NCBI GenBank assembly: GCA_050014255.1
Contig: JBEKDR010000010.1
Coordinates: forward strand, 587 to 64,586
From: Bacteroidales bacterium
Lineage (GTDB): Bacteria > Bacteroidota > Bacteroidia > Bacteroidales > VadinHA17
DNA: 64,000 nucleotides
Reading direction: 5' to 3'
Of the stretch, positions 33,447-43,916 are shown piece by piece. The notes below the pieces were generated by a model. The model searched no databases, was not told the origin of the DNA, and worked only from the letters and a program-made list of their open reading frames with translations. The number at the start of each line of letters is the position of its first letter. Position 1 is the stretch's first letter. Position numbers and translations under genes: made by a program.

Positions 33447-34271
33447 ATGAATGAATGTTACGGAAAGAAATTCATACTTAACGGGACCCTTCAACCGTGT
33501 GAAACATTCGATAATTCACTGGTCTACGATGGTGATTCTGTGTACGAGGTCTTAAGGATGTTTAAAGGCAATCCGATCTTTTTTACTGATCATATGGAAC
33601 GCCTGGCAACAAGCCTGAAACTGCAGAGAAAGGAATTGCTTGCAGATATACCGACACTCAGAAAGGATATTATCAGCCTTACAAGGTCAGATAAAAAACG
33701 CGAGACAAACCTGAAGATAGTTTTTAATTTTAATAATGGTGCTACAAATTATCTTGTCTATTTTATTGAACCTATATATCCCTCTGAAATACAGTATCAA
33801 AAAGGAGTAAAGGGCATCCTGTTTTTTGCTGAACGGAAAGATCCTGAATCTAAAGTAATAAATCATAGATTAAGATCATCAATATATCATAAGCTGATTC
33901 TCGAAAGCGCTTACGAGGCTATCCTGGTGAATGAAAATAATTTAATTACTGAAGGAAGCCGCTCCAATATCTTTTTTATCAGAGACGAAACACTTATTAC
34001 TGCACCGGATAATGTTATTCTGAATGGAATCACAAGAAAACATATCCTTGAAATCTGCCTGGAAAACAAAGTCAGAGTGGAATTTATCTGTGTGAATGCC
34101 GATAAAATCAAAGAGTATGACGCAGTGTTTATGACAGGAACTTCGCCGTTAGTTCTTCCCTTTTATTGTGTTGGAGAGAATTTCTTTAATGTTAAACTCT
34201 CATTGATTGAAGGGTTAAGAAAACTATATTTGAGAAAAGCGGAAGAGAGTATCATCTTGTTCCGGTCTTAA
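33447..34271 (+). CDS. Class IV (fold type IV) PLP aminotransferase / aminodeoxychorismate lyase-like
   Basis: 274 aa with EGSRSNIFFIRDETLITAPDNVILNGITRK, the typical class IV motif. Confidence 0.7.
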   Translation: MNECYGKKFILNGTLQPCETFDNSLVYDGDSVYEVLRMFKGNPIFFTDHMERLATSLKLQRKELLADIPTLRKDIISLTRSDKKRETNLKIVFNFNNGATNYLVYFIEPIYPSEIQYQKGVKGILFFAERKDPESKVINHRLRSSIYHKLILESAYEAILVNENNLITEGSRSNIFFIRDETLITAPDNVILNGITRKHILEICLENKVRVEFICVNADKIKEYDAVFMTGTSPLVLPFYCVGENFFNVKLSLIEGLRKLYLRKAEESIILFRS

Positions 34272-34344
34272 AATGTAGCTGTTTAAAACAGACTGAAAGA
34301 TAAATTGTTATATTTGTACTCTCATTAATTCAAAGAAGTATAAT

Positions 34345-34638
34345 ATGGCAAGTGTAAGAGAACTGAAAAAAAATATTGATTATCTAATTTTTGAAGTGAT
34401 TTCTGACTGTTTTGTATTTTCAAATATTCATCCGGAAAATAAAACTGATGAGGTATCAGCATTAATTTCTGATGCAGTTGAATTCAGAAACGACCTGATC
34501 GCACGGGTTAATCATCCTGATGGCAAGGATAATCCTAAAATTGTGAAAGCTTATTATAAAACTGTTGAAAAAGACCTTATTGCAGGCGTTGACAAATTAT
34601 TTCAAAGACTGAGCACTGTTTCTTCTAAAGAAAAATAA
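34345..34638 (+). CDS. Hypothetical protein (97 aa)
   Basis: ATG-started ORF with normal composition. Its 3' end overlaps the convergent radical SAM gene by 14 nt. I recognise no family. Confidence 0.45.
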   Translation: MASVRELKKNIDYLIFEVISDCFVFSNIHPENKTDEVSALISDAVEFRNDLIARVNHPDGKDNPKIVKAYYKTVEKDLIAGVDKLFQRLSTVSSKEK

Positions 34639-35626
34639 AATTTCTGTACACCATCTCACCACAACAGGTACATTTCCCTTTTTCATCAAGGTTTACAAGT
34701 CTTGTATTATATCCTGATCTTATTGTCACTTCAGTTCCGCACCTGTGACATATAGTATTCTGGCCGATATTTGAATGGCTGTTACCCAGGTAAACATAAT
34801 CGAGATTTTCTGATGCTATATCAAAAAGTTTATTCAGCAATCCTTCCGGTGTGGGAGGAGTGTCTCTTTTGTAAGTGGGGAAGTACGCGCTGAGATGAAA
34901 TGGAATATCCCTGCCAAGCTCACCCGCCATCCATTCTGACTGTAATGCCATTTCCTTTTCATCATCATTCTGTCCGGGTATAATAAGCGTGGTTATTTCC
35001 AGATGTTTTCCCGACTTCGCGATCTGTTTCAGGTTTTTTTTAACAGGTTCTAATTCTGCCCCTGTCAATTTCCTGTAAAAATTATTGTTAAATGCTTTAA
35101 GATCAATATTAAATGCATCTATGAATTGCATTATTTCTATTAAAGGTTCACTATTGACATATCCATTGCTTACCATGACAGTAAACAACCCCTCCTTTTT
35201 AGCAATTTCAGCAACCTCCTTCACATACTCAAACCATATAACCGGCTCATTATAAGTGAATGCAATTCCAATATTCCTTTCAACGGACAGAGCGTCATTG
35301 ATTATTTTGTTTATGGTGACTTCAGGAATAAGACTCTCAGGTACTTTCTGAGATATGTGGAAATTCTGGCAAAAATCACATTTCATATTACAACCGAATG
35401 ACCCTATTGATAGAATATTATGCCCCGGGAAGAAATGATACAGAGGCTTTTTTTCAACAGGATCGAGAGAATAACCTGAAATGACGCCGTATGTCATCAG
35501 CTCGATTTTTTCACCAATATTTTTTCTGACACCGCAAATTCCTGTTTTGCCATAAGCTAATTTGCAGAAGTGAGGGCAAAGCAGGCATTCGAGCTTATTG
35601 TTGCTTCTTTTAAAAAGTGGTACCAT
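34625..35626 (-). CDS. Radical SAM enzyme, PflA-like / AmmeMemoRadiSam-system type
   Basis: 333 aa. It has the CNMKCDFCQN (CxxxCxxC) radical SAM motif, an N-terminal Cys cluster (CLLCPHFCKL...CGV) and a C-terminal zinc-ribbon-like CHRCG...CTCCG. Confidence 0.75.
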   Translation of the reverse strand: MVPLFKRSNNKLECLLCPHFCKLAYGKTGICGVRKNIGEKIELMTYGVISGYSLDPVEKKPLYHFFPGHNILSIGSFGCNMKCDFCQNFHISQKVPESLIPEVTINKIINDALSVERNIGIAFTYNEPVIWFEYVKEVAEIAKKEGLFTVMVSNGYVNSEPLIEIMQFIDAFNIDLKAFNNNFYRKLTGAELEPVKKNLKQIAKSGKHLEITTLIIPGQNDDEKEMALQSEWMAGELGRDIPFHLSAYFPTYKRDTPPTPEGLLNKLFDIASENLDYVYLGNSHSNIGQNTICHRCGTEVTIRSGYNTRLVNLDEKGKCTCCGEMVYRNFIFL

Positions 35627-35745
35627 TCCCTTTTCTTACTTAATGTCAAATATCAGATTTTTCTAATCGTAATATACGAATAAACTATTTTTATTCTGAT
35701 ATGTTTAATATAGCAGGTTAATCATAAATTTAATATTCTTATACA

Positions 35746-36069
35746 ATGGACTTAAGCAGTAAAAAATGTGTGCCATGTGAAGGTGGTGTGCCTCCTTTAG
35801 ATGAAAAACAGATAAAAGAATATAAAAAACAAATTTCATCCGGCTGGAAAGTTATAGATAACAATAAATTAACTAAGGAGTTTTTTTTTGTCAGCTATCG
35901 CCAGACTATAGATTTCGTAAACAAAGTGGCGGATATTGCTGAAACTGAAGGTCATCACCCTGTTTTGCATATTTATTTCGGAAGGGCTGTGGCCGAATTA
36001 TGGACTCACTCTGTTAATGGATTATCTGAGAATGATTTTATTCTTGCTGCCAAGATTGATAAATTATAA
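35746..36069 (+). CDS. Pterin-4a-carbinolamine dehydratase (PCD/DCoH family)
   Basis: 107 aa. It has ETEGHHPVLHIYFGRAVAELWTHS with the family-typical HHP and TH motifs. Confidence 0.8.
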   Translation: MDLSSKKCVPCEGGVPPLDEKQIKEYKKQISSGWKVIDNNKLTKEFFFVSYRQTIDFVNKVADIAETEGHHPVLHIYFGRAVAELWTHSVNGLSENDFILAAKIDKL

Positions 36070-36078
36070 TAGGGAAGC

Positions 36079-36750
36079 ATGGAAGAGCATGTTGTTAAAA
36101 TCCTGAATATTGAAGAAGTAACTCACAATGTGAAGAGTTTTAAAATTGAGAAGCCTGAGGGATATTCATTTATACCCGGTCATGCAACAGATGTATCTAT
36201 TAATGTTTCCGGATTAAAGGATGAAAAAAGGCCCTTCACTTTTACAAGTCTGAATTCTTCAGGTTATCTCGAATTCACGATTAAGATTTATTCTGATCAC
36301 AACGGAATAACCAATGAACTGGGAAAACTAAAACCAGGAGCAGAACTGATCATCCGGGATGTCTGGGGCGATATTTCATATAAAGGAGAAGGAGTATTTA
36401 TAGCCGGCGGCGCAGGAATTACTCCGTTTATTTCAATTTTCAGGGAACTTCATTACTGGAAGAAAATCGGCTCAAATCTGCTCATCTTTGCAAATAAAAC
36501 AAAAGATGACATAATTCTTGAAAGTGAGCTGAGGTGGCTGTTGGGTGATTTATTTATAAATATATTATCTGATGAAGATAGTCAAGGTTATGCTCATGGA
36601 TTTATCACTGAAGAATTTCTTAAGACCAATATTCCTGCTCTTTATAATAACTATTATTTATGCGGTCCGCCTCCAATGATGGAGGCAGTTCTTGGATTCC
36701 TTAACAATATTGGTATCAGCTCTGATTTAATAACGATGGAAAAAATGTAG
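36079..36750 (+). CDS. FNR-like FAD/NAD(P)-binding oxidoreductase
   Basis: 223 aa. It has RPFTFTS (the RxYS-type FAD motif), GGAGITPFISIFREL (NAD(P) binding) and YYLCGPPPMMEAV. Confidence 0.75.
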   Translation: MEEHVVKILNIEEVTHNVKSFKIEKPEGYSFIPGHATDVSINVSGLKDEKRPFTFTSLNSSGYLEFTIKIYSDHNGITNELGKLKPGAELIIRDVWGDISYKGEGVFIAGGAGITPFISIFRELHYWKKIGSNLLIFANKTKDDIILESELRWLLGDLFINILSDEDSQGYAHGFITEEFLKTNIPALYNNYYLCGPPPMMEAVLGFLNNIGISSDLITMEKM

Positions 36751-36751
36751 A

Positions 36752-37549
36752 ATGGAGGGCAGACTTATGGAGAACAAAACAACTAGCCGGACGATTGTAT
36801 TTATTCATGGCCTTTTCATGAATCCGGCAAGCTGGACGGAATGGGTCAAATATTTCAGGGGAGAAGGTTTTATTTGCTATTCCCCGGCCTATCCTTTCCA
36901 TGAGGGCAATCCTGTCGAACTGAGAGACAACTTTAACGAGGATCTGGGTAAATTGAGGTTTAGTCAGGTTATTAAACATTTGTCTGATTTTATTGAAACT
37001 CTCGGCGAGAAACCGATTCTGATTGGTCATTCCATGGGCGGGTTGGCTGTTCAGAAGTTGATTGAAATGAATAAAGGGATTGCAGGAATATGTATTGATC
37101 CTGCCCCTCCTTCGGGACTATTTTCATTCAAATGGAGTTTTCTGAAAGCTAATCTTTCTACAATAAATCCATTGAAAGGAGATTCAGTCTTTCTTCCTGG
37201 TCTGAACTGGTTTCACTACGCTTTCTGCAATACAATGAAAATGGAACAAGCTGAATCAGAGTATAATAAATATGTAGTTCCGGAAAGCAGGAATATAGCC
37301 CGGAGCAGTACAGGACCAGATGGTAAAATTGACTTCAAAAAACCACATAATCCTCTCTTGATTATTGCCGGCGCGAAAGATAACATAGTTCCTTCCTCAC
37401 TTATTAAGAAAAATTTTGAAGCCTACAAAGATAAAAACAGCAGAATTGAATTCCGGGAATTTAAAGACAGGACACACTATATATGCGGACAAGCAAACTG
37501 GGAAGAGGTGGCATCGTTTATAGGCAGTTGGATTGCAAGTTTGAGATAA
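36752..37549 (+). CDS. Alpha/beta-fold hydrolase
   Basis: 265 aa. It has FIHGLF (oxyanion region), the GHSMGG nucleophile elbow and a late D...H. It starts 2 nt after the previous stop. Confidence 0.7.
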   Translation: MEGRLMENKTTSRTIVFIHGLFMNPASWTEWVKYFRGEGFICYSPAYPFHEGNPVELRDNFNEDLGKLRFSQVIKHLSDFIETLGEKPILIGHSMGGLAVQKLIEMNKGIAGICIDPAPPSGLFSFKWSFLKANLSTINPLKGDSVFLPGLNWFHYAFCNTMKMEQAESEYNKYVVPESRNIARSSTGPDGKIDFKKPHNPLLIIAGAKDNIVPSSLIKKNFEAYKDKNSRIEFREFKDRTHYICGQANWEEVASFIGSWIASLR

Positions 37550-37579
37550 AGTATATATATCATTATAGAGAATCTGAAA

Positions 37580-38695
37580 TTATTCATCAAAATTAATATT
37601 CTTGAAGTCGGCCAGTTTTAAAGCAAGTTTACGATAAAATTCCGCTTTATCTTCATCACCATTAATCTTGCTGATACGGCTAAGTCCAAAATATGCATAT
37701 GCTGCAAATTCATTCCCATAACTTCTGAAAATTGAAATGTCTTTTATACCCTTCAGGTAGAATTGCTGAGCCTTAATATAGTCGTGGTACTTTTTTTCCT
37801 GTAATATACCGTTAAAAATTGCGACCTGAGCCTGAAAAAAAGTGTTTCCTATGTTTGAAATTGATAATGTAATCTCCTTTTCAGCTTCATTATATTCTTT
37901 TATCAGCAGTAGATTTTTTATATAAATACCCAGATATTCAGGATTGTCAGGATAAACTGCATGAAGGTTCTTGCTATAGAAAGTAGCTTTCTGATAATCA
38001 TTTTCAAAACTCAGGAATATCTGAGTCAGGAAAGTATAGGCTTCAGCTTTAAGCATAATAGAATTTTTAGCAACTACATGCAATTCCTCCAGACCATTAG
38101 TTTTGCTTCCTTTTGGAAAAAGAAATGCCAGGGTCTTATAAATGGGATGCGCATCGGGATATGCTTCGCGATAGTAATTGTAAACTCCTGTAAAAAAATA
38201 AAAATCGGAATATTGTGCCGTAAAATTGAAAGAGCGCCTTATGCACTGATAAGTACTTGCCGCAATTGGAAATACTTCTAAACTAAGATAATTATCGGTA
38301 TAATACAGCAATAGAAGACCTCTGGCGCAAAGGTTGACAAGCAGTATTTCAGCTTCATTGGCAGGATTTTTATAGTCATCGCATTCCTCGATGCATCTTT
38401 TCAATAGCTCTTCGAAAATCTCCCGTTTTCCTGAAGTTGTGATAAGCGGGTAATTTTCCCAATAAGTTATCATCCCGTTAAAAAGATAATTTACAGGATG
38501 TCCTGGATACAATTTACTTAGCTCCGAACTTACCTTATATGCTTCATCGAATTGAAAGTTATATACTTTGTCGATACCCTTTTTAATCAGACGTATGGAA
38601 GTTGAGTCCTTAAGTATTTGACCGTTTAATACGGATAAATTCAAAAATATGGCGGCAGCAAAAACCAGTAATGATATTTTGTATCTTGTGTTCAA
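37580..38695 (-). CDS. Secreted helical-repeat (TPR-like) hypothetical protein
   Basis: 371 aa with an N-terminal signal-like segment ISLLVFAAAIFLNLSVLNG. It is all-helical and rich in Y/A/L repeats. Confidence 0.5.
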   Translation of the reverse strand: MNTRYKISLLVFAAAIFLNLSVLNGQILKDSTSIRLIKKGIDKVYNFQFDEAYKVSSELSKLYPGHPVNYLFNGMITYWENYPLITTSGKREIFEELLKRCIEECDDYKNPANEAEILLVNLCARGLLLLYYTDNYLSLEVFPIAASTYQCIRRSFNFTAQYSDFYFFTGVYNYYREAYPDAHPIYKTLAFLFPKGSKTNGLEELHVVAKNSIMLKAEAYTFLTQIFLSFENDYQKATFYSKNLHAVYPDNPEYLGIYIKNLLLIKEYNEAEKEITLSISNIGNTFFQAQVAIFNGILQEKKYHDYIKAQQFYLKGIKDISIFRSYGNEFAAYAYFGLSRISKINGDEDKAEFYRKLALKLADFKNINFDE

Positions 38696-38792
38696 TTAGT
38701 TGATCTAAAACTTTATTGTTAATATTTTGTTCTTTAGTTTGAAATTATATCAACATATTGTTTATAACAAATTTAACAATTAACCATAAAGG

Positions 38793-40196
38793 ATGTTCAA
38801 TTACACAGCAACATATACCGACAAGTACCAGCTGACTATGTCTCAGGTCTATTTTCTTAAAGGACAAAAAGACACGAAAGCCATATTCGACTATTTCTTC
38901 CGTAGGTTACCCTTCAATGGAGGATACGCAATTTTTGCAGGATTGGAGGATCTGCTTGCCGCACTGAATGATTTAAGATTTGATGATCAGGATCTTGACT
39001 ATTTAAAGGAGCAGGGATTCCATCCTGATTTTATCAGATATCTTGAAAAATTCAGGTTTACAGGCAATGTCTATAGTTCACTCGAAGGAGATTTAGTATT
39101 TCCTGTTCGCCCTGTACTTCAGATCGAAGCAAATATAATTGAAGGGCAGATTATTGAAACGCTTCTTTTGAACATTCTAAATTTTCAGACACTCATAGCT
39201 ACAAAAGCGAGCCGGATGCGTCAGGCAGCCGGAGGGCGAAGTTTAATAGATTTTGGTTTGCGAAGGGCACAGGGCCCGGGAGGATATTATGCCAGCAGGG
39301 CTGCCTTTATAGGAGGATTTAACAGCACAAGCAATGTGAGGGCAGGTCGCGATTATGACATCCCGGTTTCGGGCACCATGGCACATTCATTTGTAGAAAG
39401 CTATGATGATGAATTATCTGCCTTTGCAGATTTCGCTGAAGTATACCCAAATAATTGTGTTTTGGTTGTGGATACTTATGATACCCTGAAAAGCGGGTTA
39501 CCCAATGCTATCACTGTGGCAAAAAAAATGGAAGGGAAAGGATTGCGGCTCAATGGAATCAGGCTCGATAGCGGGGACCTGGCTTACCTTGCAAAAGAGT
39601 GCCGGAAAAGATTGGATTCTGCAGGGCTTGAATATGTGAAAATTTCTGTTTCCAACCAGTTGGATGAGCACATAATAAAAAGCCTTCTGGATCAACAGGC
39701 TCCAATAGATGCATTTGGTGTGGGGACAAGTCTTACTACAGGTCAACCCGATGCTGCTCTGGATGGAGTATATAAACTATCCTGTGCAAATGGAAAACCG
39801 CGGATAAAATTGTCTGAGAATGTAAGTAAAATAACACTGCCTCATAAAAAACAAGTATTCAGGATCATCGACACCGATGGTAAATTCTTTGGTGCAGATG
39901 CTATAACCATGAATGATGAAAAAGAAGTGGATGTCATGTATCACCCTGTGTATCCTCTTAAATCACTATCTTTAGTAAAATATATTAAGGAACCGCTCTT
40001 GCATAAAGTAATGGAGAACGGTTTGATATTGAACAATCCTGAGTCGCTTTCAGAAATTGCAGAATACAGCAGGGACAGGTTGGGAAATCTTACCGAAGAA
40101 TTTAAACGGTTTGACAACCCTCACATTTATAAAGTTGGAATCAGCAATAAATTACAAGTTGAACGTGACAGGCTCATTGATGAGTTTAAAAAATAG
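38793..40196 (+). CDS. pncB: Nicotinate phosphoribosyltransferase
   Basis: 467 aa. It has the N-terminal TDKYQLTMSQVYF, FGLRRAQGPGG, SGTMAHSFV and IRLDSGDL. Confidence 0.85.
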   Translation: MFNYTATYTDKYQLTMSQVYFLKGQKDTKAIFDYFFRRLPFNGGYAIFAGLEDLLAALNDLRFDDQDLDYLKEQGFHPDFIRYLEKFRFTGNVYSSLEGDLVFPVRPVLQIEANIIEGQIIETLLLNILNFQTLIATKASRMRQAAGGRSLIDFGLRRAQGPGGYYASRAAFIGGFNSTSNVRAGRDYDIPVSGTMAHSFVESYDDELSAFADFAEVYPNNCVLVVDTYDTLKSGLPNAITVAKKMEGKGLRLNGIRLDSGDLAYLAKECRKRLDSAGLEYVKISVSNQLDEHIIKSLLDQQAPIDAFGVGTSLTTGQPDAALDGVYKLSCANGKPRIKLSENVSKITLPHKKQVFRIIDTDGKFFGADAITMNDEKEVDVMYHPVYPLKSLSLVKYIKEPLLHKVMENGLILNNPESLSEIAEYSRDRLGNLTEEFKRFDNPHIYKVGISNKLQVERDRLIDEFKK

Positions 40197-40202
40197 TTTT
40201 TA

Positions 40203-40817
40203 ATGAAAACGCTTATCCTTGTCGATGTCCAGAATGATTTTATGCCTGGAGGTCCTCTTGAAGTGCCTCAGGGTAATAAGATTGTACCTGTAATTAATAA
40301 GGTTCAGGAATACTTTGATCTTGTAGTAGCTACGCAGGACTGGCATCCAAAAAACCATAAGAGTTTTGCTTCGAATCATTCAAACAAAAAGCCATTTGAC
40401 AATATTGTACTTAATGGAGTACAACAAACCCTGTGGCCGGATCATTGTATACAGGGCTCATTGGGGGCTGAGTTACATGAGGATATTGAAATGAAAAGAA
40501 TTGCGGCCATTTTCCGTAAGGGTATGGATCCTGAAATTGACAGTTACAGCGGATTTTACGACAATAATCATTGGTTGAGAACGGGTCTGTCCGGGTATCT
40601 TAAGGAAAAGGGATCTTCCGAAATTCATTTTTGCGGACTGGCTTCTGACATCTGTGTTTATTACACAATACTTGATTCAATACAGGAAGGATTCTCTGCT
40701 ACGCTCATTGAAGATGCTTCCAGACCATTGTTCCCGGATAAATTTGATGATATGAAAGGCGAATTAACAAAATTGGGAGTACATATTATCAATAGCATTG
40801 ACCTCCATCCAAAATAA
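40203..40817 (+). CDS. pncA: Nicotinamidase/pyrazinamidase (isochorismatase family)
   Basis: 204 aa. It has LILVDVQNDFMPGG, DWHP and the catalytic Cys in CGLASDICV. It lies 6 nt after pncB. Confidence 0.85.
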   Translation: MKTLILVDVQNDFMPGGPLEVPQGNKIVPVINKVQEYFDLVVATQDWHPKNHKSFASNHSNKKPFDNIVLNGVQQTLWPDHCIQGSLGAELHEDIEMKRIAAIFRKGMDPEIDSYSGFYDNNHWLRTGLSGYLKEKGSSEIHFCGLASDICVYYTILDSIQEGFSATLIEDASRPLFPDKFDDMKGELTKLGVHIINSIDLHPK

Positions 40818-40900
40818 TTTAGTAAGAAATTTCTGGTTCCCAAATATTGATAAATTTGTGAATAGTTCTTTTTTTTAACTGATTATAAAAATAATATAGA

Positions 40901-42169
40901 ATGATGCGTGGAAGAGATTTTCTTAAAAGAGCAAGTATTGCATTGCCAATATTAATATTCTATCAGATTACAACTGTTTTAGCTCAGGGAGATAATGGAT
41001 GGCATGCCAATCCCATGACGATCGAAAAACTATCAAAAGAGAGACCATCGTCAAATTATTATGAGGATAAAGTTCCTTCATATACTTTACCTGATATATT
41101 TACTTCAAATGATGGTATAAATATCACTTCAGCAGACTTGTGGAATAAGTTGCGGCGACCTGAAATTATTGAGTTGTTTCGTAAAAATGTATTCGGAAGA
41201 GTACCCGAAACACCTTATGAAATGAGTTTCAATGTCATAAACCTCGATAGGCATGCAATAGATGGAACCGCCACACTTAAACAGGTTGATATCACAATTA
41301 TAGCTAACGGCAAGTCGCTGGTAATACACCTGACTCTTTTTACACCTAACAAATCACAGAAATCTGTTCCAACATTCCTTCTGATTGACAACAGGGGACC
41401 TGCGAATACTGATCCTTTAAGAAAGGTAAAGAGTGAATTCTGGCCTGTCGAAGAGGCTATTGAGAGGGGATATGGAATGGCAGTATTCAGTAATTCCGAT
41501 GTAGATCCTGATAATTTCGATAATTTTAAGAACGGAATTCATGGTGTTCTTGATAAAAATCCTCGTCCGGATGATGCGTGGGGAACACTTGCTGCATGGG
41601 CCTGGGGAGCTAGCCGTTGTATGGATTATCTTGAAACAGATAGCGATGTTGCACGCGATAAAGTAGCGATTGTTGGTCATTCACGCGGAGGAAAGACTGC
41701 TTTATGGGCGGGAGCTGAAGACACTCGTTTTGCTATGGTTGTATCCAATGAATCGGGATGTGGCGGAGCAGCTTTAGCAAGACGTCGCTATGGAGAAACA
41801 ATAGATAGAATAAATACAGCTTTTCCTCACTGGTTTTGTTCAAATTATAAAAAGTACAGTAATAGGGAAGATTCACTTCCTGTTGATATGCACATGATAC
41901 TGGCTCTGATTGCGCCCAGACCTCTTTACATCGATTGTGCTGACGAGGATCTTTGGGGTGATCCGCGAGGAACATACATTTCACTTTACAATGCGGTTCC
42001 TGTATTTAACCTGTTAGGCTGGAATTCAGATATTCCGGAATCTATGCCGGCTCTTAATAAACAGGTAATCAGTGGGAGAGTTGGTTTTCATATAAGGGAT
42101 GGCGAACATAACCTGCTTTTGAGAGACTGGAACTGGTTTATGGATTTCGCAGACAAGGTTCTGAGATAA
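40901..42169 (+). CDS. Glucuronoyl esterase-like carbohydrate esterase (CE15-like), secreted
   Basis: 422 aa with a signal peptide. It has GHSRGGKTALWAG (the CE15 G-x-S-R-x-GK nucleophile motif) and a C-terminal FHIRDGEHNLLLRDW. Confidence 0.7.
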   Translation: MMRGRDFLKRASIALPILIFYQITTVLAQGDNGWHANPMTIEKLSKERPSSNYYEDKVPSYTLPDIFTSNDGINITSADLWNKLRRPEIIELFRKNVFGRVPETPYEMSFNVINLDRHAIDGTATLKQVDITIIANGKSLVIHLTLFTPNKSQKSVPTFLLIDNRGPANTDPLRKVKSEFWPVEEAIERGYGMAVFSNSDVDPDNFDNFKNGIHGVLDKNPRPDDAWGTLAAWAWGASRCMDYLETDSDVARDKVAIVGHSRGGKTALWAGAEDTRFAMVVSNESGCGGAALARRRYGETIDRINTAFPHWFCSNYKKYSNREDSLPVDMHMILALIAPRPLYIDCADEDLWGDPRGTYISLYNAVPVFNLLGWNSDIPESMPALNKQVISGRVGFHIRDGEHNLLLRDWNWFMDFADKVLR

Positions 42170-42199
42170 TTATTTATTAATTAATTTGATGTTTCGCTT

Positions 42200-43231
42200 A
42201 TGGTGACCAATGAACAAACAATACGAATTCCGTGCGATAAAATGAAATCTGAATTTATCAGGATTCTTTTAAAAATTGGTTTCTCAGAACCGAAGGCAGA
42301 AAAATGTGCTGAAATATTCACGATGAATAGTGTGGATGGAGTCAACTCTCATGGAATAAACAGGTTCCCACGATTTGTCAAGACTACTCTGCAGGGCTTT
42401 GTTAAACCGGAGGTTGTTCCCACGCTCTTGCACCGCACTGGTTCCCTGGAACAATGGAACGGCAATCTTGGTCCCGGACCATTGAATGCAACTTTTGCAA
42501 CTGACAGGGCAATGGAACTTGCACTGGAAAACGGTATTGGCATGGTAGCTCTGGCTAACACTAACCACTGGATGCGTGGAGGAACCTATGGCTGGCAGGC
42601 CGCAAAAAAGGGATTTGTTTTTATCTGCTGGACTAATACCTGTCCGAATATGCCTGCCTGGGGAGCTACAGATCCGCGTATCGGGAACAATCCTTTCGTA
42701 ATTGCTGTACCTTATAAGGATGAAGCAATTGTTCTTGATTTTGCTATGTCGCAATATTCTTACGGGAAGATGGAAGCACTAAAGAATGAGGGTAAAAAAC
42801 TTCCATACTCTGGAGGATTCAATAAAAATGGCCAGATAACTACTGATCCGGGGGAGATACTTGAATCATGGAGAGTTTTGCCGGCTGGATACTGGAAGGG
42901 AGCAGGGTTGTCATTGTTGCTGGATATTCTTGCAACAATTCTTTCAGGGGGAATATCTACTCATCAGATCAAAAGTTGCAGTTCAGAGCATGATGTATCA
43001 CAGGTCTTTATAGCAATTAATATAAAAGCGCTGTATAATTTTCCTGCTATCGGAAATTCAATAAATCAGATAATAGAAGATCTGCATAAATCAAATCCGG
43101 AGAATTCCTTTGCTAAAATCCGGTATCCCGGAGAGAATGTACTTCAGACCAGAAAAGAAAACCTTGAAAACGGGATACCTGTAAACAGGCAGGTCTGGGG
43201 TAAAATATTGAGTTTTACGGGGAGAGAATAA
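42200..43231 (+). CDS. dlgD: Ldh_2-family dehydrogenase, 3-dehydro-L-gulonate 2-dehydrogenase (YiaK/DlgD)-like
   Basis: 343 aa. From memory it closely parallels E. coli YiaK: GVNSHGINRFPRFV, ANTNHWMRGGTYGWQAA, ICWTNT, GNNPFVIAVP, GYWKGAGLSLLLD, SQVFIAI. Confidence 0.7.
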   Translation: MVTNEQTIRIPCDKMKSEFIRILLKIGFSEPKAEKCAEIFTMNSVDGVNSHGINRFPRFVKTTLQGFVKPEVVPTLLHRTGSLEQWNGNLGPGPLNATFATDRAMELALENGIGMVALANTNHWMRGGTYGWQAAKKGFVFICWTNTCPNMPAWGATDPRIGNNPFVIAVPYKDEAIVLDFAMSQYSYGKMEALKNEGKKLPYSGGFNKNGQITTDPGEILESWRVLPAGYWKGAGLSLLLDILATILSGGISTHQIKSCSSEHDVSQVFIAINIKALYNFPAIGNSINQIIEDLHKSNPENSFAKIRYPGENVLQTRKENLENGIPVNRQVWGKILSFTGRE

Positions 43232-43256
43232 AATGAACTCCGTGGTTAAGAGTAAA

Positions 43257-43730
43257 TTATAGCTTTTCCTCAACTATTTCAGCATTTATTGCGTTTAATT
43301 CAGCGAAACTCAGAATTTCATCCTTAATCTTTTCATTAGTTTCATAATAAGTAGTACTGAACCTGAGAAGTATTCTTTTTTTTGTTTTTAAGAAGAAGAT
43401 AAGATTAAAAGGGAATATTTCGATCTTTTGAATTTCGCTGACCTGCATTTCAAGAGCTGAAATCAGAATAGTCTTTTTAAGCCGTATTTTGTCAGAGCTT
43501 ATCTCAATGAATCTGGTTGCTTTGCCCAATCCGGCCCAGATCATGTAAAAACCAAATCCTGAAAGGAATATAATTGTAATCCAGAGTGTTCGATCGGCTT
43601 TTAATGACCTTATATTAAAAATCAGCCAGAAGATTGCAACAGCCAGGCAGACTATTCCGAACACTATCTGGATTATTTTTACAATCCTGTTATTCTCAAC
43701 TGAACCCAGCGAAAAATATTTTGTTTCCAT
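43257..43730 (-). CDS. Hypothetical membrane protein (2 TM helices + small cytoplasmic domain)
   Basis: 157 aa. It has two hydrophobic helices (IVFGIVCLAVAIFWLIF and ITIIFLSGFGFYMIWAGL). Confidence 0.5.
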   Translation of the reverse strand: METKYFSLGSVENNRIVKIIQIVFGIVCLAVAIFWLIFNIRSLKADRTLWITIIFLSGFGFYMIWAGLGKATRFIEISSDKIRLKKTILISALEMQVSEIQKIEIFPFNLIFFLKTKKRILLRFSTTYYETNEKIKDEILSFAELNAINAEIVEEKL

Positions 43731-43916
43731 CTGATCTGATTTTTAATTTTAACTCAAAAGACCACAAAGTTATCGCAAAGTAACTCAAAGGAATTCAAAA
43801 TAGAAATTGTTGAATACATAATCGTTATTTAAATGGCCACATTGCAAAATATTTCTATTTTTATAGGCCGTTGTTCTTTTTATGAATAAGATTGTAAAAC
43901 ACCTTATAAGTTTTTC

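Noticed and set aside
42284-42754. Antisense or shadow ORFs inside well-supported genes: 42284-42754, 2434-2802, 26523-26894, 31229-31693, 46388-46759, 62825-63205, 25296-25520 and many 60-100-aa ORFs inside the SusC genes
   Set aside because: Each lies wholly within a longer ORF on the other strand or frame that has strong family signatures. The compositions are typical of non-coding frames.
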